From Calcarisporiella thermophila CBS 279.70 (taxonomy: Eukaryota; Fungi; Calcarisporiellomycota): DNA of 64,000 bases. This document shows positions 14,424 through 26,920 of this stretch, one piece after another (the stretch's first letter is position 1; every line of letters starts with the position of its first letter). Below the pieces are notes generated by a model. It ran no database searches. It was not told where the DNA came from and saw nothing but the letters and a program-made list of their open reading frames with translations. Location of the stretch: positions 198,092-262,091 of the forward strand of contig NW_027192209.1 of the NCBI RefSeq assembly GCF_041956535.1, in the 5' to 3' direction. Position numbers and translations under genes: made by a program.

Positions 14424-14431
14424 CAGTCACA
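14424..14431. promoter_or_regulatory. Homol-D-like box (CAGTCACA) upstream of GPN3
   Basis: Exact CAGTCACA about 80 bp upstream of the GPN3 ATG. The motif is a known TATA-analogue in S. pombe housekeeping promoters; function here is inferred. Confidence 0.35.
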
Positions 14432-14860
14432 CAACAGTAAAGTGATTCAATAAAATTGTAGTTATATTCGATATTAGCCGCTGGATTCTAGTATTGACAA
14501 TTCTAAACTATCTTATCGAGTCTAAAAAGGTTTCGCTAAAACAATAAAAAAGTAGTAATAGCTATTCCGATTTCAACCACTATCCAGGAATGATATTAAG
14601 CAATTTTCTCTTTATAAATATTCTCTCTTTTTATCCGCGTTGAAAGACCTTCAGAATAAATTTCGGTACTAATTAACTTTGGCTGAACCCTTCCTGAATA
14701 AATTCCAAATGAATATCCTACTCCAAGCGAACACCTGGTAGCCAACGATGTGAGACGAACGGTATTTTAAAATTGTCTCAAGGATTATATATATTTTTTT
14801 GGCAGAAAAAAATATATTTCTTTACAAGTTTTCTAGTAAAAATCCATCGCATTATCCTGC

Positions 14861-15966
<1,106 letters not shown>

Positions 15967-17089
15967 TCGATTAATTAGAGCAATAGTTAGTTTTACTGAT
16001 TCCTGAAGATGAAGGAACTAAGCCACCTTGGATTTATATGTATTACGAGGAAATTGTTCATAAGTAAAAAAAAAACTCTTTACTCTTAAATTCTTTGGAT
16101 ACTTACATGTAGATTTCTGTAAAACAAGAGAAAATAGCGTTCTTCCCAGTATTATGTTGATCATTAAATAATAAATAATAGGAGATTCTCCCTTAACAGT
16201 ACAGAAGAAATATGCTTTCCTCCTGCCTCATAACCCAAGATCATACACGGAGACACATTACATAATATAACAACAGCTTGAATTATTGAATTTAGAATTC
16301 GAGTCCGTGCAGAACATTGTTCTTGATATTTTGGAAAGCGTACTTATATTTATGATGTTTTATCGCGATTTTATGGCCGTAAGTTGATAAGCATCTTTAA
16401 TCCTACCATTCGATTTATTATACCGAGTATCCCCCGCAAGATAATGATGGAGTTCTCTAGAATCTTGAATTGGCTATACATATGCAGAATGGAAGAAGAC
16501 GACATTTTTTATTTTAATCCGAAGCGTAAGGCGATATCTTTGTTCTATAAGTATTTCTCAAATCGGGCAAACCTTAGCACGGTTTATTTAGTCTCAATGG
16601 ATTTAGGTAGTGGTTTTTTTCCCTAATAGTTATTGGCCTCATTTCTTTAATGGAAATATTATTGATCTGTGTCCAATATCAAAACTGTCATGGCGTTATT
16701 CTCTTGTAAACAAGAAAATTGCATTGTGAAGTCTCTTGGAGACGCGAATTTGGTACGGTATTGGACTGTTCGCAAAGTGGGTTTAAAATTGCTTCATCTT
16801 TATTAAAATGCGGTATCATGCACGAAATAGGTAACCTTGAAACACTTGGGTCCACATTTCCAGGCACTACATTATATTTTTTTCTTTTTTTCATACCTCT
16901 CACTTTACTCTTTACCCTCTCTCCCTCCCTCCCTCCCTCCCTCTCTCCTTAACAACATTGTTTTTTAAAACCGTTTGAGCTAGTTCTCCGGTTTATATAT
17001 ATATCATTGTACCTCTTGAGCTTCTGGAAAGTTCACAGCACGCTCTTTTCGTCGTTTCTTTTTTGTTTCCGCTATTTAAAAGTACAGTC

Positions 17090-17692
17090 ATGAAAATTAT
17101 TTCCAGTTCCTCTCTCTCTCTTTTGCTTCTCTTTACTTCCCAAGTCATTGCAACTCCCTTACCATACCATGGCACCAACGTGGACCTCCGACTCCGCTCA
17201 GGCGATTATGAGATCGAAAAATCACCCTCTCCTAATTTGCAGCCCGACCAGCCCTCCTCCTCTCAGACCCAGCAGGATAAGCAGGTAGAGGAGGCAGATT
17301 TTAATTCCTTGGAAGACGCGGTGCGTCGTCTGGTGGTTGATCAGCAACCAAAAAATGAGCTAGTCTCTATGATTGAAAAGATGCGGGTCAGCTTCCGTGA
17401 AAGCAACAGGGATTGTGGGCGGCGGCGCAAAGATGAAGAGCGACGAAAAAAGAAGCAGAGAAAAGCGCAGGAGAAGAAGAAAGATTGCGATAAAAAGCGC
17501 AAGAAGGTCGGTGAGAAGGAAAACAAGGACTACCAGGCCGGATCCTCACAAAACAGCACTCAAGCTACTCAGCCGTCCTATTCCTCCCCGGCGGGGGCCG
17601 GCTCTGTAAATGCGACAAAAGAGGCCTCTTCGAAGAACCCGAACGTGCAAGAGACCGACAACTTCCTCGCACAAAAACAAGTGATCAATTAG
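17090..17692 (+). CDS. Intronless secreted hypothetical protein with a basic NLS-like tract (200 aa)
   Basis: ATG at 17090 in context GTCATGA, TATA-like element at about 16993, signal peptide MKIISSSSLSLLLLFTSQVIA|TP, central RRRKDEERRKKKQRKAQEKKKDCDKKRKK. Confidence 0.75.
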   Translation: MKIISSSSLSLLLLFTSQVIATPLPYHGTNVDLRLRSGDYEIEKSPSPNLQPDQPSSSQTQQDKQVEEADFNSLEDAVRRLVVDQQPKNELVSMIEKMRVSFRESNRDCGRRRKDEERRKKKQRKAQEKKKDCDKKRKKVGEKENKDYQAGSSQNSTQATQPSYSSPAGAGSVNATKEASSKNPNVQETDNFLAQKQVIN

Positions 17693-18207
17693 AGCGAACC
17701 TACTGTTGAAACGGAAGCAGGCCCTTCTCGCCTCAGTAGATGTTACGAGAATGCTGTTATTAATTTTATCCTCTATTTTATCATTCATTGTGTAACCATT
17801 AACATTCATCCTGTTAGTTCTTATCTTTGGGGCACAAACAAACAATCCAATAAAACATCCATGGCTAACTTCATTTGGCGGAGTTAAAGAGTCACTTTAT
17901 TTTGAAGACATTCCAGAAAATTATTGTAGGATTGTGTAGATTAGGACTACAAAAGCAATTAAAATGGTAAGAGAAGCAATATAAAATAACAGGATCCCTT
18001 CCCGCCTATCAAGATATATGCTATAGGTAATCGTGTAAAAAGTGACATGAAGCTTTAAATAACATGCTAGTTTATACGGGGCTAATTATAATATGAATTC
18101 TCCTTCTCTCTCCCTCAAACTCCATCAATAAACACGAAATATTCCGACCCATTTTCCTGCCCTTCCCCTCTCATTTCATTCCCCGTCAGAAGGCTATTCA
18201 AATCAAG

Positions 18208-19585
18208 CTAGGTCTCACCCCCCTTTTCCAGATCTCTTCCCAGCTGCGATGCAAAGGGGTTGGCGGCGTGACCATCGGAATCCGCTATATATTCACTGGA
18301 AGTGGAGCGAGGTGAAGCCACGGCTTCAGGGGGGGCGATACGGGCTGTAGGCCCATCGGAATAAAACTGCTCGCCTTGTTTCTCCTCTACTTGTGTTTCT
18401 ATGCTCGACAAAGCAGTAGGTGTAGCCTCGAGCTTCTCCGTAGTGTATGCACTTCTCACGATGATAGGCAATTCCAATCGCGCCGATCGCATTTGGCCAA
18501 GGGCCTGGGTCAGGAAACTATACTTGGATTGCCGTTTGAACTTGAATTGGTTCGGAAGGGGAGAGATGGCCGCTTGGGGAGTTCGGAACGAGTAAGGATG
18601 CGAGCTTGCCTCGTTGTTTGCTGAGCCAAAAAACATGTCGGAGGAGATGCCCTTGTTTCGCAGACGTCTTCCGGGGCCCCGTATATATCGGAACAAGGCT
18701 CTCACGGCAAAAAAGAGAGCGGCTGCTCCTATCACCGCCCCAATGATAATTCCTGCCAATCTTCCGTGATCGGGGGTACTGGATTCGGGGTGGCTCGATG
18801 TTGGCGTCGTGCAGCGTCCATTCCAGCACAACCCGGAATCGCACTGGACATCGAGTGTGCATTTGACTCCTAGAGAGAGGGTGGGATAGCATGTGAGCGT
18901 CGTGATTTCACAATAGTTCTTGTTTGGACACGTGTAGGTTGTGTTGCGGGAGTCGGCGGTGCATCGAACTCTTTGGTTTGAAGGGGTGTGCGATGCAGGG
19001 CCATTGGAAGGAGGGGACGAGCCCTCAGTTTGGCCCACTGCACCAACGGAATCCATCCCGGATGGATTGCCGCTAGTAGCAATGGGCTTTCCTAGATTGT
19101 TGGCCGTTTGGCGATCCAACTGATCTTTTTGGATCAGGGGGTCCTGTGGAAGGGCTTGGTTGGGATTTCCTCCTGGCAATCCGATCGTATTAACAGGCCC
19201 CTTCGGCGGCATTGGGTTGTTATTTGGGGGGGATACGGGCGGAAGAGGTGTGTTTTTCGGAGGTTCCGGTAAGGGAGCTGGGGTTACCTTGGGGGGTTCG
19301 TTGGAGGGAGGAGGAGGAGAAGGAGGGGGTGGCGGCGGCGGCGGCGGTGGTGGTGGTGGGTGGGGGAGGAGGAGGAGGCGGTGGTGGTGGTGGTGGTGGA
19401 GACGGTGACGGCGAAGGAGGAGGAGGAGGAGAAGGCTCAGGAGTAGGGGTCGCCTCTGGCGGCTTTTCTGTATTTTCAGGAGGTTGCGGCCCTGGCGGCG
19501 TCGGGCCTTCTGGGCTTGGGTTTTCATTCTTGGGAGGCTCTGCTGCCGGATCTCCCTTTGGGGCTTCACTGCTTGGAGCTTCCAT
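18208..19585 (-). CDS. Pro-rich single-pass membrane protein with an 8-Cys module; apparent 1-nt frameshift in the poly-Pro tract; true start uncertain (possibly 19756)
   Basis: ORFs 19220-19585 and 18208-19569 join if one C at about 19359 is removed. Cys module CTADS...CPNKNYC...CYPTLSLGVKCTLDVQCDSGLCWNGRC, TM LAGIIIGAVIGAAALFFAV, then a basic stop-transfer and cytoplasmic tail. Confidence 0.7.
19305..19432. repeat. Compound (GGA/GGC/GGT)n trinucleotide repeat encoding poly-Pro
   Basis: Runs of ggc, ggt and gga triplets read directly. Confidence 0.9.
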
Positions 19586-20931
19586 CGGCGAGAAGGAGTA
19601 TAAAGGAAAGGGGCGATGCTAAATCCAGCTAAACTATTGAGGCAAACACACCCGACTATACTTTCAACAAGATGATAAGGGATGACAAATAGATAGAATA
19701 AATAGGTAGAGGAACATTAAGGAGAGGCGATAGGAGAAGGAGATGCCAATTGTCATCAAGACAGTCGGCGGGCGAATCCTTAGAGAGATACGCAGGGCAA
19801 TGGAAGCCGGCGAGAGGGCGGGAGGTCAGGAGGGGCGAGGGAGTTTCAAGGGCATTTTATGACGACTTATTTGTCGAGCCGCCACCAAGTCAAAAGACAT
19901 GCTCGCTAAAAATAAAACTAAATAACCTCTGGTTGTCTCACAGTGCTCTCCTCAACATTATGCCATATATGGGGCGCTAATTAAACCAATACTTGTTTTT
20001 GATTGCCGATTTCGATTTGTATTCTCCGCACGCCGGGCTTGCTGCAGTCGACACCAGGAGCAACCCGACGAAGTATTGGGCACCTGCAGATCCCGAATGT
20101 CGCGCAGCGCGTTGATGATTCTTGTTCTTGATGCGCGCGAAATGGCATCGCCCACGGCGCCTTGTAAGCGCATGCCGCCTCTCCAATCAGCTGGGGTGGG
20201 ACGGGCTCCTCTCTGCGGGAAATCCCAGCGCATTCGAGGCTGAGAGGAGCGCTTGGCCTGAAGGGGAGAGTTGACGTGCCCATTCACACTCAGAAATGAG
20301 ATGCATACGAGCAATCTTAATCCAAAACGGAGCGGCAAGTGGATATCTGGAGAGCCGATTCGCGGCTCTGAGATGGATTGAATTGAAGTAATTAACTTGA
20401 GACATTTCTGGCTGTATTTAGATCGATTGGCGGCGGAGGGCTCCTTGGCTGCTCCGATAAGCCACGCAATCGGTGCAATGGCAGGCCGGCGACCCGAATC
20501 TTTGCCATTCTCAGCCGACGGTTCTTTTGGCCTTGCACATGGATTGCGTAGTTTGTGGAGGAGGCCGGCTGCTAAAGGCTCACGGAGGGCCATTCTCCTG
20601 CTCTATTTTGGGGGCGCAGTGGTGAGCCATATCCGCAAATTTATGCAGCCCGTGGTTGGGCCAACCGATCACAGTGGACGGTTCCTCGGATTCAAGCGAA
20701 ACTCGGGTCAGATCATTCCCACCCTCAGAATTGAAAAAAGAAGCTTCCATACAATACGAGCGCGATTTTATTGTATAAGACACATATTCATGAAATAGAA
20801 GAATAAGAAATAAGACAGGGAGGATAAAAGAGAGGGTGAAAACAAAAAAAAAATAATACGAGTAGTAGAATATGAAGTATTTATATGAATGCACCGGAGC
20901 ACCTAGTTTTTCCTAAGGGGAAAAAACCCCT

Positions 20932-22605
20932 CTACAATTCTTCTCGTTTCTTTGACCAGGGGGCGTTCGGCAGCGAGGCATAGAGTTCCTCCACCTCACT
21001 TCGGATCTGCTCCCACACCCCTTTATTCTTGTCGGTTCCGTCTTGCCCACGGAAATACTCACGGAGGTTTTCGAGAGCCTGTCCCGCAGAAGATTTCTGC
21101 AAATTCTCGCGGAGGCTCGCTATGGCCGAGTTGATGCTCTCCTGAGAGTAGTCCTTGGTAGCGCTCAACTGCTCCTTGATTTTGTCGAGCAAGGTTTGCA
21201 CCTTTTGCTGAGCCCCCTTCTCCTCCCCCCTCTCCACGTTAAAGACTTTCTGTGCCCGCTCCCCTGCCGATTTCGCAGCCTCCGTGGCCTGCTTCGCGTA
21301 TTCCCCCACGTTCGACGTCGCTGCACCGTAGTAGTCTCCAAGCATTGAGGAGACGGAGTTTTGGAACACTTCTAAATCTGTCTTCAACTGCTGCGTCAAG
21401 CCTTTAGCCTGCTGAGTGTAGCCGCGATCGTCAAGATACTGCTGGATCGAACTGAGCGTGGACTTTATTTGCTCGTTGGTGAGGCGTGGAACCTCCTTGG
21501 TGGTGTCGTATTGCTCCCTGAGCTTCTTGACAATCCAGTCTACATTTTCTTCTCCGATGCCTAATAGCGAGTGACGAGGGTTAGCCCGGGACTCAATGGC
21601 AAAAGTTTTGGCGGAACAAGCAATCTATACCTTTTTGCTTCTGTAGATCCTTCTTCACCTTATCCAAGAATTCGGTGAAGCTCGCTTGCCACTCCCCTCC
21701 ATACTCGGCAGCTCTGTCCCAAATGTCTCCCGCCTTTTTCTTGGCCTCTTCGTATCTCGTGCCCACCGCGTCCATCACACTCTCCGCCTGTTTCTCGGTC
21801 AATATCTTTCGCTTCACCAGATCTTGCTTCGCATCCTCCACGCTCTGCTTGAACTGTTCCGGCTTCAGCCTGGCCCAGTCCGATGTCTCCTCGAAACGGC
21901 GTTGGACATCCGCGAGGGCTTCGTTCAGCTTATCCTGAGAAAGGTCCTTATTCTTGGCGAGATCGTCACGCACTTTACCAATCCATGCTTGGAGCTGACT
22001 TCGCCGCTGGAGGGTGCGGGTGTGGGCGTCAACCAGACTCTCCTGGACATTCTCCACCAGCTCATTCACAAAGACTTCTGTCCCGACTTTGCGCTTCAAA
22101 AGCCCTTTTCGTGCCTCAGCTATGGCCTTTTCGATCTCTGCCTTCCCCTCACTGCTCCAGTTCTTCTCCAAATTCTTGCGCAAATCTGCAACAAGCCAGT
22201 CAGCATCCTTGGTAGAGAGCTCTTTTCGTGCGTGTACGTGCTTCGACACACGGTCGAGGGCGGCTTCAAACGCGGTTTGTGTCTTTGATACTTGAGCGGA
22301 AGCCATGTCGCGGTATTGCTGAACGAGTGATATATAGTCGCGTTTATCCGGTAAATTTTCGAATGTGATGCCATGATCAGTCAGCCAGCCCTTGATCTGC
22401 TTAATATTCCAGTGACTGAGCTCTTCATCCGAAGGGGATTCTGTGGGGGGGCAGTGGGATGAAGTTAGTCGGGATATTGGCAGTGGAATTCCGTACCATT
22501 CTCATTAATTCAGGAGTCAATGACAAGCTTACCTGCCGATTTAGCTGCGACTGTTGAGACAGTCAGCAATGCAAGCGCAACAAATGTCAAGCGGATTAGT
22601 TTCAT
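20932..22605 (-). CDS. ER/nuclear-envelope luminal Ish1/Msc1-like protein with LEA/apolipoprotein-like helical repeats
   Basis: Signal peptide MKLIRLTFVALALLTVSTVAA, Ish1-like WNIKQIKGWLTDHGI, introns 22441-22532 and 21561-21630, and C-terminal ER-retention-like REEL. Confidence 0.72.
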
Positions 22606-24123
22606 TCCTACACTTTTTAGTTAAAAGCACAAAAAAGACGGTGTTGGAGAAATGAGGAGGAAAAAAAAAGTTATATATAAAAGGGGAACAAGGTGGCAAA
22701 AAAAATATGCCCCGAATTTGACGCGACGCCCAAGCAGGCGTCCGACCAGATTCTATTGCTAGAAAGTGCAGAAGAAGAATCAAATTCTATTGTTGGAAAG
22801 TAGGGGAAAAATTGCTGACGCGGGCTCTCTTGAACCTTTACATGAATTATGATGATACAATCCCCTCACCAGTACTTCAGGGAACAAAGCGGAAATCCGA
22901 GCAGCCCAGCTACTGATTCATAAGATATTATTTAGCAATGATATTTTTCTACCGAATCTCTTAAACTCGGTCTCCGAGGAAGATTCAGATGGAAATTTTT
23001 ATATCAACAAAAGAGGACCCTATAACTGCATTATTTGGGCGAAACATCATGTCCATTCTTGTTGAGGGATGAAGTCGAGTTTTATTACAAGGGAAGCTGG
23101 TAGTGTTAAAAAATAGAATATTTTTTAGCCTTCGAGAACAATTGTTTACCGTCAAGTTCCGATAGGGTTGAGGATTTTCATTAACTTCACTTTTGAATCA
23201 CCTACCTTTCATATGTAGTATGGTTAGAGTATAGATCGGATTGTTTTCTATCCGATTCATCCCTTAATAGTTAGAACCAGATATACAAAATCCTATTTTC
23301 CTCGAGCATACACTAAACACCCCAATGTACTAAGACTGAAGTGGGAAAAGAAAAACCTCATACTTCCGTTTTTAATATTGCAGTAATGTCGGAGCCAAAC
23401 CAAATATTAAGGAAAAAAACAGTTCAAGCCGGGTGTTTATTTCTATAGCTTCACTAGTCCCTTTGTGATATTATGTGATATTACTCGCGTTCCGATTTCC
23501 CGTCGCATAAAGCGGCGTCACCCCCTTTCATAGGATTTTCAGTGGATTAATATATAGAGAAGGCCTTTAGGGCACACTTTACGAGACGAACTGTTCCAAC
23601 GTGTTTTAAGGTTATTATGGGGATATAGTCCATAGTTCCATAATTGACCATTCGAACATACCTCGATTTTCTTTCTGCCAATGCTTGATTTCTCAAGACA
23701 CGATTTATAAGGATTATAGCTTCTCACACCAGTAAATAAATGAAATACAACCTCAAGATATCTGTCCTAAATTTCACGTAAATATAAAATACATTCTTTC
23801 TCGATCACATAATTGCGGCTTTGCCCCAAAGCAAGCAAAGAATGGCAAGGTATTCTCGGCGCCAACCTGTTCAAAGATGAATGGCTGACTCCATAGAAAT
23901 AGTGAATTAGAAATATAAAGAAAATATTGAACTATGCAAGTAGGATATATCAATTTTGTGATAGAATGGGGAAAATGAGAGAAAAATGGGGAGGGAATGG
24001 TTTTGCGTCATGCAGTTACACGAGCTTGTGCACATCTTTTCTCGAAATTAAAAGAGATACTGTATGTCTTATCCTTCTTACTCTGATTAATTTCCCCCCT
24101 CCCAAATATTGTGCATTCTTCTA

Positions 24124-25021
24124 ATGTCTTCTCCGCATCATCCCCCTCCACCGCCTTCGATCCACGTTCTTAAGGACGAGCAGGCGGTGTCCAGCTCCCT
24201 TGCCGACCTGGTGGCCGAAGCGTCTGCCGCGGCTATCAAAAAACATGATCGTTTTATCGTTGGCATCACTGGCGGAAATCTCCCACAAATACTGGGTGAA
24301 ACACTCAAGAGCCGTACCGACATTGAGTGGGAAAAGTGGCATGTGTTTTTTGTAGATGGTGGGTCCTCAATCTAATATGGATCTAGCGAAGGGAAATGAA
24401 ACTTCCCGTTCTGCCCTCCCTCGGCTAACTCTATTTTTTTCCCACTGCATTCCTTCACTAGAACGCGTCGCGATTGTGGAGCAGGATCCCGCCTCTGTGC
24501 TAAATTTGTCTCTCTCATCCCTGTTCAATCATGTCTCTGTCCCCGAATCTCATATCCACAAAGTCAATTCCACTCTGGCCAGTGATCCGGAGGAAATGGC
24601 GGACGACTACATCCAGCAGATGATCGGGGTCTTCACCACAATCCATAAGGGCGACAGCGTGCGATTCCCCGTCTTTGATCTTATTCTCCTGGGTATTGGA
24701 CCCGATGGCCATATCGCCTCTTTGTTCCCCGGCCACCCGCTTCTCTCGGAAGACCAGGAATGGTGCTGCGCGATTGTCGATTCGCCGAAGCCACCTCTCC
24801 AGCGCGTGACAATGACCCTTCCCGTTATCAACCACGCACACCACGTCGCCTTTGTCGTGACGGGCTCGGAGCTGGCGGATATAGTGCATCAGACCTTGGA
24901 TGAGGAGGAGCCCCCGCTGCCTTGTAGGATGGTACGGCCAAGTGCGGGGCGGGTTACGTGGCTGCTGGATGAGAAGGCGGCTAGCCACTTGAAGCGAAAG
25001 GCGACTACGCACAGCGCTTGA
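24124..25021 (+). CDS. 6-phosphogluconolactonase (Sol family), divergent
   Basis: TGGNLP, WHVFFVDER across intron 24359-24461, FDLILLGIGPDGHIASLFPGH, DSPKPPLQRVT and WLLDEKAAS. Confidence 0.9.
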
Positions 25022-25334
25022 ATCACCCACCCATGCGAGCCTGTCTCATTTGGCGCAGTTGTTGCTTAATAATGTTCATGTTTGCTCTCCTTTTCACCTT
25101 TTTCTCTGTTTAATTTTTGCACTTTATCGTCGTTGTGGTGTGAGCACTTGTTTTTTTTTTGTTTTTTCTATTTTTACAACTTAATCAATATATGAATCTA
25201 TGGATAGTAACTGGGATACTTCCAAGGCCGATAGCTTAACCTAGGTGGGGGCTTGGAGAGATAAAAATATACGCAATTTTTTGCCACCCCACACCAACGA
25301 TTTTACCGATTTATTCAACCTGACCTCCCAACTA

Positions 25335-26920
25335 ATGCTAAGAGGAGAAGGCGCTCAATGGCTCGATTTCCATTATGCCAAATCGAACCCATCCAGCACC
25401 GACACAGAATCCGAATCGACTCTCAGCGACAGTAGCGATAATGACGAATTCGAGTACAGCAAGCACAGAGAAAAGGTTCGAAAACGGGAGCGCGATTTCG
25501 AACACAGGTTCGATCGCAATGCCCTTTGCCCCAAATCGGGTAAATACCTGAAGTGGCATAGGCATGTTCATAGCACACGCCTCGCAATGTATGAGGAGAT
25601 GTGGTCACAAGCTCTTGCTGGTAAATTCTATTTCCATGCCTCTTCTCCAGCATAAGGGCGCCATGGGTGTGATTAATGTGGAATTAACAATTTCAGGCAT
25701 TCAGTCGCTTGAGATCTCCCTGCACACAAACCGATCCCCCCGAGAGATGTTCATCCCGGTGCTCTCAAGACTCGTGCGTGATCTTTCGAGAGCCATAGCA
25801 TCTAAGTCGAGGAAGGATGCAAAGGAGCTCTCCTCACAGGATGCCAAGTCATTGAGCATTCTCCGCGTTAGAATACACAAACTAACCTCAGCGTGGAAGC
25901 AGGATGTTCCACTTCTAACAGAGTGTAATTCACTTGCTGACTCCATTCTCATCTGATAGGTCTAATTTTGTGCCCTTTTAATTTTGCACATGAATAGATC
26001 CGGAATTTTTCGACTGGGAGCCGCTGGCCGTCCTGGATGAGCTCGAGCTCTTCTTGATGACCCATGCGCACACCGATACGTCTGACCAATACAATATACA
26101 AAACGAAATTAGACTTACACGTCTTGGGCTGCGCGAATATCCTCCCCACCTACGTGCTCTCGACTCCATCTTTTCATACTATGCGTCGTTTACTAAGGGT
26201 GGTATCGACACAAACACCTTATTGGGAGAGGTGAGGGTATTGGACTTGTCGCACAATATGATATCTGGTAGGTGTCCTTCGTACGTCATCCTTGAACCGT
26301 GACCTATAACGGGCTTTTGTTGCATTGTATTTGCACTAGCCATTCCCAAAGAGGTGGGCTTGTTGAGGGGGCTCACCACGCTTCTTCTTGTAAATAACTG
26401 CCTCCAATTCCTCCCACCAGAGATAGTATGCCTCACACAACTGCGCCAGCTGGGTTTAGCCCAGAACCCAGAGCTTCACTATCGGTTAACTTATCTTTTC
26501 AATCCGTGCCACTCCGAACAGTCCGTGCCGCCGGCCCATTTCCCTACCTTAATCGAGACCTCTGCCGGGGCATTGTTCGCAAAATATCGCGTCAGGTCTT
26601 GGTCAAACCTCACTCTCGACATCCAGCGACATTTGCGCCTTCAACTCCCCCCTATGCTGTGCGAAAGGCTTACTGATTGCGCGCTGTGCGAAGGGTGTGG
26701 GCGGCTGTGTACCGGGCATTTGACAGAAGAGTTCTGCCTGGTTCTCGTACGGGCGATGAACGAGCGACTCTGGTTCGTGTGCTTTCCTGTGAGGCGCTAC
26801 TTTTGTGGACGTGGGTGTCTAGATAGACATCGAAAGGGCGGGTGCAGATGCTTAACCTGTTGCTTGAGCGCGGAAAACGGGAGATATATCGGCTGGAAGT
26901 GGCCAACGAGGCTGGGCTAG
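25335..26920 (+). CDS. LRR protein with an N-terminal eIF3c-like helical region and a C-terminal BC-box-like/Cys-rich tail
   Basis: Four exons join in frame (introns 25621-25696, 25925-25997, 26268-26339). LRRs LDLSHNMISAIP, LLLVNNCLQFLP and LGLAQNP; tail PTLIETSA..LPPMLCERL..CEGC..FCGRGC. Confidence 0.75.

Noticed and set aside
17180-17222. RxLR-dEER motif in the secreted protein (DLRLRSGDYEIEK)
   Set aside because: The sequence is LRLR, not RxLR, and the motif is too short to be meaningful.
19655-19756. Selenocysteine readthrough at TGT TGA after the signal-peptide-like segment
   Set aside because: No redox motif or selenoprotein homology and no SECIS recognised; splicing or a downstream start explains it more simply.
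19958-20798. 211-aa and 133-aa ORFs upstream of the Pro-rich gene
   Set aside because: Arg/Ala/Pro composition typical of chance ORFs in GC-rich promoter DNA; no motifs.
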